Shown here one piece after another: positions 1 through 11,495 of a stretch of DNA of 26,029 bases. Location: contig CAYNTD010000002.1 in NCBI GenBank assembly GCA_964399685.1, forward strand, positions 1 to 26,029, written 5' to 3'. Every line of letters begins with the position of its first letter. Within the stretch, counting starts at the first letter, position 1. Source of the stretch: an uncultured Methanobacterium sp. (lineage in GTDB: Archaea; Methanobacteriota; Methanobacteria; Methanobacteriales; Methanobacteriaceae). Under the pieces are notes generated by a model. It made no database searches and was not told the origin of the DNA. It saw only the letters and a list, made by a program, of their open reading frames with translations. Position numbers and translations under genes: made by a program.

Positions 1-775
1 TTTTCTCCATCTTTTCTGCTACGTAATTGGATGATTTCTGGCACTGCACTATGTTGAGTTTGGCCCTGTGTGCCTGTGCTATTTCATCCACATGAGAGTC
101 TCCACTTATTGTGGAGATTATATTTACTCCCATCTCTTCTAGTAATGGTTTTATTCCCCATAAGTCACCGGCTACATTGAATTCACCCACTATGTTTATA
201 TCAAAGGGCGTGGTTTTTTCTGGCTCTTTAGTTCCAATAACATAATCTAACAGAGCATCTCCACCTATCCAGTGGCCTTTGGTTTTGTTATGGTCCTGGA
301 AACCTTCAGATTGTACCGGAATTACTCTACATCCTGTAATTTCTTCTGCTTTTTTGCTTACTGCTTTTATATCATCACCGATAACACCTGATACGCAGGT
401 GGCGTATACGAAGATGGCTCCTGGACTGTATAATTTGTTCAGTTCCATTATACTTTTGAATAATTTTTTTTCACCTCCAAAGATGATATCTTTTTCATGG
501 AGGTCTGTTGAGCATCCTTTTTTATAGAGATCCTCCCTAGAGGATTTACTCCCTCTTATATCCCATGTACATGCGGCACAGCCTATTGGGCCGTGAACCA
601 GATGTATCGAATCTGTTATGGGCATTAAGACTATTCTTGCCCCTCCAAAAACACAGGTTCTCTGGGTTACTGTGCCTGGTAGGCTGGCTTTATCACATAC
701 TGGTATGGATATGCCTTCTCCCTTTACGCACATGTGTTTTTTTCGGGATTCAAATGTTTCAATTACCGGTTCCAT
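1..775 (-). CDS. nifE: Nitrogenase FeMo-cofactor scaffold NifE (5' part; runs off left edge of window)
   Basis: Manually translated; absent from the ORF track because there is no stop inside the window. ATG at 775-773 with GAGGT RBS at 788-784. Reads [19 protein letters not shown]...[12 protein letters not shown]...HGPIGCAAC...[12 protein letters not shown]...GEFNVAGD...LNIVQCQKS, which carries the NifD/E-family Cys motifs, and lies directly after nifK. Confidence 0.92.
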   Translation of the reverse strand, partial: MEPVIETFESRKKHMCVKGEGISIPVCDKASLPGTVTQRTCVFGGARIVLMPITDSIHLVHGPIGCAACTWDIRGSKSSREDLYKKGCSTDLHEKDIIFGGEKKLFKSIMELNKLYSPGAIFVYATCVSGVIGDDIKAVSKKAEEITGCRVIPVQSEGFQDHNKTKGHWIGGDALLDYVIGTKEPEKTTPFDINIVGEFNVAGDLWGIKPLLEEMGVNIISTISGDSHVDEIAQAHRAKLNIVQCQKSSNYVAEKMEK

Positions 776-791
776 TATCAATTACCTCAAT

Positions 792-850
792 TATCATAAA
801 TTTCATTTTTTTAGTTATAAATGGCTGTAATATCATAAATCTCATTCTTT
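792..850 (-). repeat. Two 20-bp direct repeats (18/20 identical, 39-bp period) flanking a TATA-like box upstream of nifE
   Basis: Plus strand 792-811 TATCATAAATTTCATTTTTT and 831-850 TATCATAAATCTCATTCTTT. Minus-strand TTTATAAC at 821-814 lies between them. Confidence 0.7.
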
Positions 851-925
851 AATGTTTGAAATTTATTTTTAAACCTTTAAATTATTTTGATTATCATTAT
901 TCTTTCTAATTAAAAATTGGAATAC

Positions 926-951
926 ATGGGCAGGATATTACTCCTGCCCAT
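926..951 (-). terminator. GC-rich perfect hairpin 3' of nifK (terminator/attenuator or mRNA-stabilising stem-loop)
   Basis: ATGGGCAGGA (926-935), 6-nt loop, TCCTGCCCAT (942-951). It starts 17 nt after the nifK stop and is followed on the minus strand by a TTTTT run. Confidence 0.75.
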
Positions 952-968
952 TAGTTAATGGAGGAGTT

Positions 969-2353
969 TTACTGCTGGAGTTTCCAGTGGGTTGGTTCGT
1001 AGTATTTTTCCAGCACAACATTGGTGATAAGCTCCACTAAACGTGCTGCACCATTATATCCGACTATTGGATGTCTATGGTAGCCTATTCTGTCATAAAC
1101 TGGGAAACCAACCCTTATAAGTGGTATTCCCATATCTAAAGATAGTAATCTTCCATCTGATGGTCCAATCATTAAGTCAACTGGATTCTCCCTAATGTAT
1201 AATTCAAAGGATCGCATATCCTGTTCAAACAGCACATCTATTTCAGTTCCAGTTTCTTTAGCAATTTTTTCGATGTCTGGAGTGAAAATTTTACTGTTAG
1301 CACCGGTGCAGACCATGGTGGGTTCCATACCTAATTCCCCCACGAATCTGGCCATTCCAGTGATTATATCTGGATCTCCATATAGGGCCACTTTCCGATC
1401 GAAAAGGTATCGAGCAGCATTATCTGCAATTAAATCCGCCAGCATTCCCCTTTCATCAAGTATACTCTCTGGTATTTCACAGTCAGTGAGTTTTTTCAGA
1501 TTTCTTAGGAATTGATCGGTGTTCTGTAATCCTATCGGTGGTGATTCTACGATAGAGGGTACTTCATGTTTTTTCTCCAGTGTATCTGCTGCAGATGCGG
1601 CATATTTACATAATGCTACTGTTCCCTGGCTATTGGCGGAGTCTCGAATTTCATCTACTGTGGTTCCGCCTTTAGGGAAGTAAGGTCTAGTTGGTGTTAC
1701 AGATGGTCTGAGAGGTGAATCAAATGGATCAGATGTGTCAGTTAATAACAATCCTTCAATTCCCATGAGTTCCAGTATATGTTTAATTTCCCGGATATCC
1801 CCTGGGTTAACTATTCCTGGAATTATATTCACCTTATCTGTATCTTCTCCTGGCTCTGCAAGATTTTCTATCATGGATTTGACTCCCACATCGTATCCAG
1901 TGAAGTGGTTCCCTACGAAACTAGGGGTGGGTATGGGTATCACTTCAATTTTATCGAGACCCTTCACATCCTCACTCATTTTTTTAAGTTCCTTTTTGGT
2001 GGTGTCAACGAATCCAAATACATCGTCTCCGATGATCTCACTGGAACATGTGGTTATAGCACCGATCATATCTGGTTTGAAACGCAGGGCCAGATTTTTT
2101 ATACCTGCATTTATGTTTTTTCTCCCTCCGAACACTGCTGCATCTTCGTGTAGTGATGAAACAGCTATTTCTGCTGGTTCACGGAAATGACGGGCCAGGT
2201 TGTATCTTACAAATGTGGAACATCCCTGGGATCCGTGTACCATTGGTAATCCATGGTGCACTCCCATAACAGCGTACATCGCTCCTAAGGGTTGGCATGT
2301 TTTAAGCGGATTTACTATTAGGGTTCTTTCCTTCTCTATAACATTTACACAAC

Positions 2354-2357
<4 letters not shown>
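969..2357 (-). CDS. nifK: Nitrogenase catalytic component beta chain
   Basis: P-cluster ligand motifs [22 protein letters not shown] and TPSF. Start overlaps the nifD stop (ATGA). Short N-terminus typical of archaeal/alternative-type K chains. Confidence 0.95.
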
Positions 2358-3836
<1,479 letters not shown>

Positions 3837-3940
3837 ATTCTCCTAATATAAATTTAAATTAATCTAATCTTTTTTGTGATGTTCATCTTTCATGAAATTA
3901 GGTTTTAAATACAATAATACATGTTCTTGGTGATATTATT

Positions 3941-3980
3941 AAACAAGTATTGTTTGATTATTTCTCAAATAGCTATTTGA
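3941..3980. promoter_or_regulatory. Palindromes in the nifI2-nifD spacer
   Basis: Perfect 16-bp palindrome TCAAATAGCTATTTGA at 3965-3980 and AAACAA-GTA-TTGTTT at 3941-3955. Function is inferred only. Confidence 0.4.
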
Positions 3981-4087
3981 TCTACCTTTAATTTTTTAAA
4001 TAAGGCATACTATGGTTTACTTCAATCATTTAAAATATATAATAATTTATTTACTTTTGAGAAATGGATTTATTGAACCTTATCTCT

Positions 4088-4456
4088 TTAGATGATGGCT
4101 TTATCCCCATTTTCTCCGGTTCTTACCCGTACGGCTTCTTCAATTGGTGATACGAATACCCGACCATCTCCTCTTTGTCCGGTCTGGTTTACGCGCATTA
4201 ATGCTTCCACCACCAGTGAAACATCCTGATCTGGAACTAAAAGGGTAATCATTCTTTTGGGAATGTATCGCATGGTTCCTTCTTTTTTGAGAAGTTTGCT
4301 TTTATCGATATCCATGGTTACTTCTCCAATGATAGCTTCTTGTTTCCCACGTCCCAGTACTCTTTGTGCAGTCATGGCAGGAAAACCAAGGGTTTCAAGA
4401 ACTTTTTTTGTTTTAGTTATTTTATTGGGACGGATTATGGCTGTAATCTCTTTCAT
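4088..4456 (-). CDS. nifI2: PII-family nitrogenase regulator NifI2
   Basis: MKEITAIIRP...VLGRGKQ...GDGRVFVSPIEEAVRVRTGE. Start moved from the track's 4513 to the ATG at 4456 (AAGGAG RBS, no overlap with nifI1), giving 122 aa. Confidence 0.93.
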   Translation of the reverse strand: MKEITAIIRPNKITKTKKVLETLGFPAMTAQRVLGRGKQEAIIGEVTMDIDKSKLLKKEGTMRYIPKRMITLLVPDQDVSLVVEALMRVNQTGQRGDGRVFVSPIEEAVRVRTGENGDKAII

Positions 4457-4472
4457 CTTATTCTCCTTGGGA

Positions 4473-4790
4473 TTATAATCCTTTACTTCGGGTTCTAACA
4501 GTGTAAGCTTCATCTACAGGGCTTACAAATACTTTTCCATCTCCAAAGTTTCCAGTGAAAGCTGTTTCGTTGATGATGCGTATGATTTCATCGGTATTAT
4601 TAGACTCTGACACCAGCATGAGCATCACCTTGGGGAGTTCGTCGTAGTATATCTCATCGATCTGGATTCCTTTCTGTTTTCCACGTCCAATAACATCTAT
4701 TTTTGTTAGAGCCACATACCCCGCTTCAGAAAGTGCATCAACTACCTCTTCAGCTTTATCTGGCCTAACGATTGCTCTTGTCATTTTCAT
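4473..4790 (-). CDS. nifI1: PII-family nitrogenase regulator NifI1
   Basis: 105 aa with IGRGKQKG, YDELPK and GDGKVFVSPV...VRT motifs; sits directly after nifH. Confidence 0.93.
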   Translation of the reverse strand: MKMTRAIVRPDKAEEVVDALSEAGYVALTKIDVIGRGKQKGIQIDEIYYDELPKVMLMLVSESNNTDEIIRIINETAFTGNFGDGKVFVSPVDEAYTVRTRSKGL

Positions 4791-4815
4791 TTTTTCTCAA
4801 ACTCCAGCTCGATGA

Positions 4816-5727
<912 letters not shown>

Positions 5728-5733
5728 TCAATC

Positions 5734-5741
5734 TATATAAA
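5734..5741 (-). promoter_or_regulatory. TATA box of the nif operon
   Basis: Minus-strand TTTATATA. The expected start about 25 nt downstream (~5712) falls just before the NrpR operator. Confidence 0.7.
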
Positions 5742-5930
5742 CGTTGCGCAGATGAATACTACCAAAATCAAAAAATAATAAAGTAAAAAAAATAATAGAA
5801 TAATATATAAAAATTACATATACCATCTATTTTTAAGTAAAAATACTCCAAAATAATTTATATAAATAAATAAAAAACTTTGAACAAGTTAAAATATAAA
5901 AAAAAGATAAATAAAAATTATGTGATATCA

Positions 5931-7505
5931 ATGAATCTGGAAAACCTGTTAAAAAAGCAAATATGGATATTACCCGCCATATTCGCCTTTTTAATAGCAT
6001 TAATTCCTACTATCCAATACCAGTGGCCTTTAAGCTGGGATGTAATAATTCATATACAATACGCCATGGTTTATATGAAATATGGGCTAATATTGACTGA
6101 TCCTCTCCTAAATGCGCCTTTTGGTCAGCAAATAGGATATCCTCCCTTATTCCATTTTTTACTGGCATTTTTAGGAATGGTAACACAAATCGATCTTTTC
6201 CAGATCGCCAGAGCTTTACAACCCTTCCTAGCTATGTTCATAGTCCTATCAGTTAGTTATGTAGCTCGAAAATTCTATGGAAGTATAGCTGGTATTTCTG
6301 CAGGATTTTTAATCTTATCCAGTGTTCTGCTAGGTCGTATACTCCTTCCTATTCCAGAGAATTTAGCTTTAATTTTTCTGCCATTATCAGTTTATCTCTA
6401 CTACCGATCCATAAAAGATAACAGACTTAAATATGCATTTTTCTCTGGAATATTATTTGTAACTGTTATCTTAACCCATCAGGTCGCTTCTTTAATACTA
6501 CTATTGATCATAAGTGTCATCAGCCTGGTTGAACTGGTTGTTTATCGAGATATTCATGTTTTAAAAAATTATGGTACTTTCCTACTTTTACTTGTCTGCC
6601 TAGTTGTGGTAGGAGTTATAGGCCTTCTATTATGGCAACCAGATATTATTTATTCCATTTACAATCAGGGTATAACCTCAGTTACCGGTTTATTCATATT
6701 ATCATCCAATCGACCCTTGAATATTCGAGGATATCTTGATATAGGATATTTAGTATTGATATTTGCTATTACTGGTATAATATTCTCTCTAAAAAAGTTA
6801 AAAAGAAAAGATCTGTTTATTCTCACATGGATATTGTTGATGTTTCTTATAAGTATAGCTTACTGGTTTGGAATAAATGTGATATCCTATCGTTTACTGG
6901 TATATCTACTACTACCCCTCTCTATAATGGGTGGGTTCGGTTTAAGTGAGATATATCAAAACTTAAAAAGTTATGAACGGTTTTCGTTGGATAAATTTGC
7001 ATGGATCTTTTTGGTAATGGTGTTCATAATCTCCATTGTTAGTGGTATTTTAACAGTTGAAGATCCCGATTTGGCCGTCTTTGCCGTGGAAAATCAGTAT
7101 GGTAAAGTTGAAATCGCCCCTCCCTCTACTTCAATGGTTGATCTGGCAGCATGGTTCAATAGCCATGGAAATAAAAGTAAATCAATAATGACCAACAACC
7201 TCTTTACAGGCACATACTTAGCCACCGTAACAGGTATGCCCATCCATTATGGTTTTGAAGATTTCAATAAGAATATAACTCAATCAGCATTTAATGATGC
7301 CCAAATCGGTTATCTTGTGCTGGATAAAAGGCTGAGTCTTTCAGAAAACAGCGAAACCCTCCAGCTAATCCCAGTAAAATCAGAATTTTATCCACTGGTT
7401 TATTTCAGTAAACCCATCTCGTCCAATTTAGATGAGTTACTTCCAGATTTTATAAAGGTAGTTTATGAAAATCAGGATTACATCGTATGTCAGATCATGG
7501 AATGA
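5931..7505 (+). CDS. Polytopic membrane protein, GT-C-fold glycosyltransferase-like
   Basis: Many hydrophobic helices. First loop WPLSWDVIIH followed by GYPPLFH, as in GT-C enzymes, plus a soluble C-terminal domain. ATG at 5931 with GTGAT RBS is preferred over the track's TTG at 5880. Confidence 0.65.
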   Translation: MNLENLLKKQIWILPAIFAFLIALIPTIQYQWPLSWDVIIHIQYAMVYMKYGLILTDPLLNAPFGQQIGYPPLFHFLLAFLGMVTQIDLFQIARALQPFLAMFIVLSVSYVARKFYGSIAGISAGFLILSSVLLGRILLPIPENLALIFLPLSVYLYYRSIKDNRLKYAFFSGILFVTVILTHQVASLILLLIISVISLVELVVYRDIHVLKNYGTFLLLLVCLVVVGVIGLLLWQPDIIYSIYNQGITSVTGLFILSSNRPLNIRGYLDIGYLVLIFAITGIIFSLKKLKRKDLFILTWILLMFLISIAYWFGINVISYRLLVYLLLPLSIMGGFGLSEIYQNLKSYERFSLDKFAWIFLVMVFIISIVSGILTVEDPDLAVFAVENQYGKVEIAPPSTSMVDLAAWFNSHGNKSKSIMTNNLFTGTYLATVTGMPIHYGFEDFNKNITQSAFNDAQIGYLVLDKRLSLSENSETLQLIPVKSEFYPLVYFSKPISSNLDELLPDFIKVVYENQDYIVCQIME

Positions 7506-7677
7506 TCCTATTCCGGGTTATTTTTCATTATAAATCCCCTTTTTCAATTCATTTTAAAAATGGTTAGAAAGATATAAAGAGATACATAAACCCATTTTTT
7601 TTCCTATAACTGGAGATAATATATATGCTACTTATGACAATCTATATAGAGAAATTAATTCCAAATGAGGGTCACCC

Positions 7678-9396
7678 ATGAAAAAAATAAAAATCATTGA
7701 AACCGCATTCCGTGACGCACACCAATCTCTACTGGCCACTCGAATGCGAACCAGAGACATGTTACCCATAGCAGAGGAAATGGACAAAGTAGGTTTCTTC
7801 TCTCTGGAATCCTGGGGCGGTGCAACATTCGATAGCTGCATCCGCTATCTTAATGAAGACCCCTGGGAACGCCTGAGGGAACTTAAAGATATCGTTAAAA
7901 AAACCCCTTTACAGATGCTTCTCCGTGGCCAGAATTTAGTTGGATACAAACACTATCCTGATGATGTAGTTCGTAAATTCGTGGAAAAATCATATGAAAA
8001 TGGAGTGGACGTTTTCAGAATTTTCGACGCCCTAAACGACATCCGAAACATGGAAATGGCGATAAATGTAGCTAAGGAACAGGATGCATATGTTCAGGGT
8101 ACTATCAGTTACACGGTAAGTCCTTATCATACTTTAGATACTTATGTAGAATTTGCACATAAATTAGAAGAATTAGAATGTGATTCAGTCGCTGTTAAAG
8201 ATATGGCTGGATTAATATCTCCTCATGATACTTATGAATTGATTAAAACTCTTAAAGAAGAAACAAACCTTATGGTAAATTTACACTGCCATTGTACCAG
8301 TGGAATGACACCTATGAGTTACTATGCTGCCTGTCAGGCAGGAGTTGATCTTCTTGATACTGCCATATCTCCACTTTCATGGGGAGCATCACAACCCCCC
8401 ACAGAAAGTATGGTAGCTGCACTTAAGGATACCCCATATGATACAGGATTGGATTTAAAGCTTCTTAAACATATCAAGGAATATTTTGAAGAAATACGTA
8501 AGAAATATAGTAGCTTAATCGATCCTATTGCTGAAAAGATTGACACCGATGTTTTAATCTACCAGATCCCAGGCGGTATGCTTTCAAACTTCGTATCACA
8601 ACTTAAAAACCAGAACGCCCTGGATAGATATGAAGATGTACTTAAGGAAGTACCTCAAGTACGTAAAGACTTAGGTTATCCTCCTTTGGTAACTCCCACC
8701 AGCCAAATCGTAGGTATACAGGCTGTGATGAATGTCCTGGGTGGGGAAAGATATAAAAGCGTGACCAAAGAGGTTAAAGAGTATATTAAAGGATTCTATG
8801 GTAAACCACCAGCCCCACTAAATGAGGAAATTGCCCATAAGATCATAGGGGATGAACAAAGGATAACCGTTAGACCAGCTGATTTATTAGAGCCAGAACT
8901 GGAAAAATACCGCCAGGAAGGAGAAGAAAAAGGCATAATTAAGAAAGAAGAGGATGTTTTAACTTATGCCCTTTATCCTACAGTTGCATTAAAATTCTTA
9001 CGTGGTGAAGTTGAAGAAGAACCATTAAAACCACCGAAGGAAACTGTAACTGATGAAGAGCCAGAAGGACTGCCTACTGAATATTCTGTTGATGTAGATG
9101 GTGAAGTGTTCGATGTTAAGATAACCCCTGTAGGATACATGGAGATAGAAGCCACATCCAGTAAAGTTCCCAGGAAAAATATGGAAGGATCCGTTACTAC
9201 AAATATGCAGGGTATGATCTTAAAACTTAAAGTTAATCGGGGAGATCAGGTAAACGAAGGCGATGTGGTAGCGGTCTTAGAAGCCATGAAGATGGAAAAT
9301 GATGTATATGCACCTCATTCTGGTACAGTAGAACAGGTATACATCGATGAAGGTGATACCGTCGATGCTGGTGATGTTTTAATGATCATCAAATAG
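7678..9396 (+). CDS. pycB: Pyruvate carboxylase subunit B (carboxyltransferase + biotin carrier)
   Basis: RDAHQSLLATR, LHCHCT metal motif, PLVTPTSQ and the C-terminal biotinylation motif EAMKMEN. Confidence 0.95.
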   Translation: MKKIKIIETAFRDAHQSLLATRMRTRDMLPIAEEMDKVGFFSLESWGGATFDSCIRYLNEDPWERLRELKDIVKKTPLQMLLRGQNLVGYKHYPDDVVRKFVEKSYENGVDVFRIFDALNDIRNMEMAINVAKEQDAYVQGTISYTVSPYHTLDTYVEFAHKLEELECDSVAVKDMAGLISPHDTYELIKTLKEETNLMVNLHCHCTSGMTPMSYYAACQAGVDLLDTAISPLSWGASQPPTESMVAALKDTPYDTGLDLKLLKHIKEYFEEIRKKYSSLIDPIAEKIDTDVLIYQIPGGMLSNFVSQLKNQNALDRYEDVLKEVPQVRKDLGYPPLVTPTSQIVGIQAVMNVLGGERYKSVTKEVKEYIKGFYGKPPAPLNEEIAHKIIGDEQRITVRPADLLEPELEKYRQEGEEKGIIKKEEDVLTYALYPTVALKFLRGEVEEEPLKPPKETVTDEEPEGLPTEYSVDVDGEVFDVKITPVGYMEIEATSSKVPRKNMEGSVTTNMQGMILKLKVNRGDQVNEGDVVAVLEAMKMENDVYAPHSGTVEQVYIDEGDTVDAGDVLMIIK

Positions 9397-9460
9397 GATC
9401 CCTTAAGCATTAAAATAATAGGATCATCCCCCGAAGCATCAAAAATAAATTTTCACCTAA

Positions 9461-9490
9461 TTTTTTTTTATAGAACTTTAAATTTTTTTT
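9461..9490 (+). terminator. Poly-T terminator region between convergent pycB and queC
   Basis: T9 at 9461-9469 and T8 at 9483-9490, downstream of the pycB stop. Confidence 0.5.
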
Positions 9491-9515
9491 ATTTTAAGGA
9501 TTAGAAGAATATAAA

Positions 9516-10205
9516 TTAATAGTCGACAGAATATTTAACCTCATCTTTTATTCCTGCACTTTTAAATGCTCTTTTTCGTCTCATACAGGATTCACAAACA
9601 CCACAATGTTCTTCATCACCAATATAACAGGAATAACTCAGATCCATAGGAGCATCTATCTGGGCACCCAACCTTACGATGTCTTTTTTATCCTTATTTA
9701 TCAGTGGAGCTTCGATTTTTATATCATTAATAGAACCGATTTCTAAAACCTTGTTAAAGGAGTTTAAAAATTCTATTGAATTATCAGGGAAGGTTGCTGC
9801 TTCTTCCAGATCCCAACCTACGATTATTTTTTCTGCATTTAATGCCTCTGCAAAAGAAGTGGCAATAGCTGTAAATACAATGTTTCGACCGGGAACCCAT
9901 ACTTTACGTGCAGTTTCATCGCAGATTTCTTTTTTATCCAGTTCATCTAATTCTAATTTTGGAACTGTCTCATCAGAAGTTAAAGCTGATTTTCCCAGTT
10001 TTTTAAGCCATGGAAGATCCATGACCGTGTGTTTTATTTTCAATTTTTTACAGATTGCCTTAGCAGATTGTATTTCCATCTGGGCGCTTCTTTGACCGTA
10101 ATTGAAGGTTAATGCCCGGATATTATATTTATCTTTGTAGTAGGCTGTGGCTACAGTGGAATCTAATCCTCCTGATAGAACTGTGATGGCTATTGGTTTA
10201 GTCAT
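9516..10205 (-). CDS. queC: 7-cyano-7-deazaguanine synthase (archaeosine pathway)
   Basis: SGGLDS PP-loop, FNYGQRS, WVPGRN and the Zn motif SC-x7-CGVCESC. Confidence 0.95.
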   Translation of the reverse strand: MTKPIAITVLSGGLDSTVATAYYKDKYNIRALTFNYGQRSAQMEIQSAKAICKKLKIKHTVMDLPWLKKLGKSALTSDETVPKLELDELDKKEICDETARKVWVPGRNIVFTAIATSFAEALNAEKIIVGWDLEEAATFPDNSIEFLNSFNKVLEIGSINDIKIEAPLINKDKKDIVRLGAQIDAPMDLSYSCYIGDEEHCGVCESCMRRKRAFKSAGIKDEVKYSVDY

Positions 10206-10254
10206 AGAATCTCACCCAAATTTTAATATAATTCAAATAAAATTTACGCCCCGA

Positions 10255-11469
10255 TTAAGATACTGATTGTTCATCGAGTATCCTTCTAAATTCATCATTT
10301 GCCTGCTTTAATACATTTTTAAGGGATAGTCCGGTTTTTTTAGAGATCTTCTTGGCATCTTCGTATTCTGGGGCTATGCTGATTATTTCATCACCTATCA
10401 GCCCTACTTTGATGTTGATTTCCATCTTTTCCCCAGCTATATCCAATTTTATTGGTATGAATTTCCTTTCTGCAATGTTTCTATGGACATAAGGTAAAAC
10501 TCTAACTCCAAGTGTTCCAGTTTCTCTTATAATCGCCTCTGAGACTTTTGATGAATCTCCTGGTTTGGTTATGGTTCTTAGTAGATGTCCAGGTCTGTTT
10601 TTTTTGGTGATGGTTGGTATGATGGTTACATCCAATGCTCCAGCATCCATGAGTTTACTCACGGTATGTCCGAGTATTTCACCACTTATATTGTCCAGGT
10701 TGGTTTCTATGATGGAAATTTTATCGGTGCCCATTAGAGATTCACCCATCAATATTCTTAGAGTATTGGGAAAGTCCAGTTCCATCTTCCCTGCCCCATA
10801 TCCCACATTTTCACTGATCATCAAGGGATAAAAATTTAAAAACTCGTTAGTCATATTTTTAAGGAGGGCTGCTCCTGTAGGTGTGGTGAGTTCATAGTTC
10901 ACTGGACCTCCAAATGTAGGTATGCCTTTAAGTATCTCTAGGGTGGCTGGTGCGGGGATGCTTAAAAAACCATGTGCTGTTTCTTTTTTTCCTCCGCCCA
11001 GTGCCACTGGCATTCCATATACTTTCTGGGAAGATAACTGGAGTTGATCAAAGCAGAATACTGTCCCCATAATATCTGCAACGGCATCTGAAGCCCCCAC
11101 TTCATGGAAATGAACCTTGTTTAAGGTGGTCCCATGAACATGGGATTCTGCTTTTGCAATTGTTTTAAAAACATCTATAGCCCTGTTTAACATTTCAGAT
11201 GTGACATCTTCATGCTTTATACTATTTAATCGTCTTAATAGTTCTTTATACTGGATTGATTCATTATCATAGCATTCCACATCGACGTAAGTCGCGTTGA
11301 TACCTGATTTCCGTGTTTTCTTTATTTCAACGTTGATTTCTCCAAAATAAGCAGCGTAATATTCCATTACATCCTGAACCTTTTTTTTATCCACACCCAG
11401 ATCTATAAAGGCCCCTAGTATCATGTTTCCAGCTATTCCTGCGTTTTGAGGGTCTATGATGGTTACCAT
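10255..11469 (-). CDS. larC: Nickel-pincer cofactor nickel insertase LarC (single-ORF form)
   Basis: GIAGNMILGA, HFHEVGASDAVADI, PAPATLEIL, ELTTPTGAA, ETNLDN and ETGTLGVR. ATG at 11469 preferred; the track's GTG at 11478 is the alternative. Confidence 0.9.
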   Translation of the reverse strand: MVTIIDPQNAGIAGNMILGAFIDLGVDKKKVQDVMEYYAAYFGEINVEIKKTRKSGINATYVDVECYDNESIQYKELLRRLNSIKHEDVTSEMLNRAIDVFKTIAKAESHVHGTTLNKVHFHEVGASDAVADIMGTVFCFDQLQLSSQKVYGMPVALGGGKKETAHGFLSIPAPATLEILKGIPTFGGPVNYELTTPTGAALLKNMTNEFLNFYPLMISENVGYGAGKMELDFPNTLRILMGESLMGTDKISIIETNLDNISGEILGHTVSKLMDAGALDVTIIPTITKKNRPGHLLRTITKPGDSSKVSEAIIRETGTLGVRVLPYVHRNIAERKFIPIKLDIAGEKMEINIKVGLIGDEIISIAPEYEDAKKISKKTGLSLKNVLKQANDEFRRILDEQSVS

Positions 11470-11495
11470 ATTTTTCACTTCATTTATTTTTTATT

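Noticed and set aside
279-852. Plus-strand ORFs 279-527, 565-852 and 618-830
   Set aside because: Antisense shadows of nifE; no motifs or RBS.
4457-4513. Track's longer N-terminus for NifI2 (141 aa)
   Set aside because: It overlaps nifI1 out of frame; the RBS supports ATG 4456.
7499-7514. GGAA-N8-TTCC at the end of the membrane-protein gene as a second NrpR site
   Set aside because: The spacer is 8 rather than 6, and it overlaps a stop codon far from any promoter.
9516-10205. PP-loop gene next to larC as LarE
   Set aside because: YGQR, VPGRN and the C-terminal Zn motif are diagnostic of QueC.
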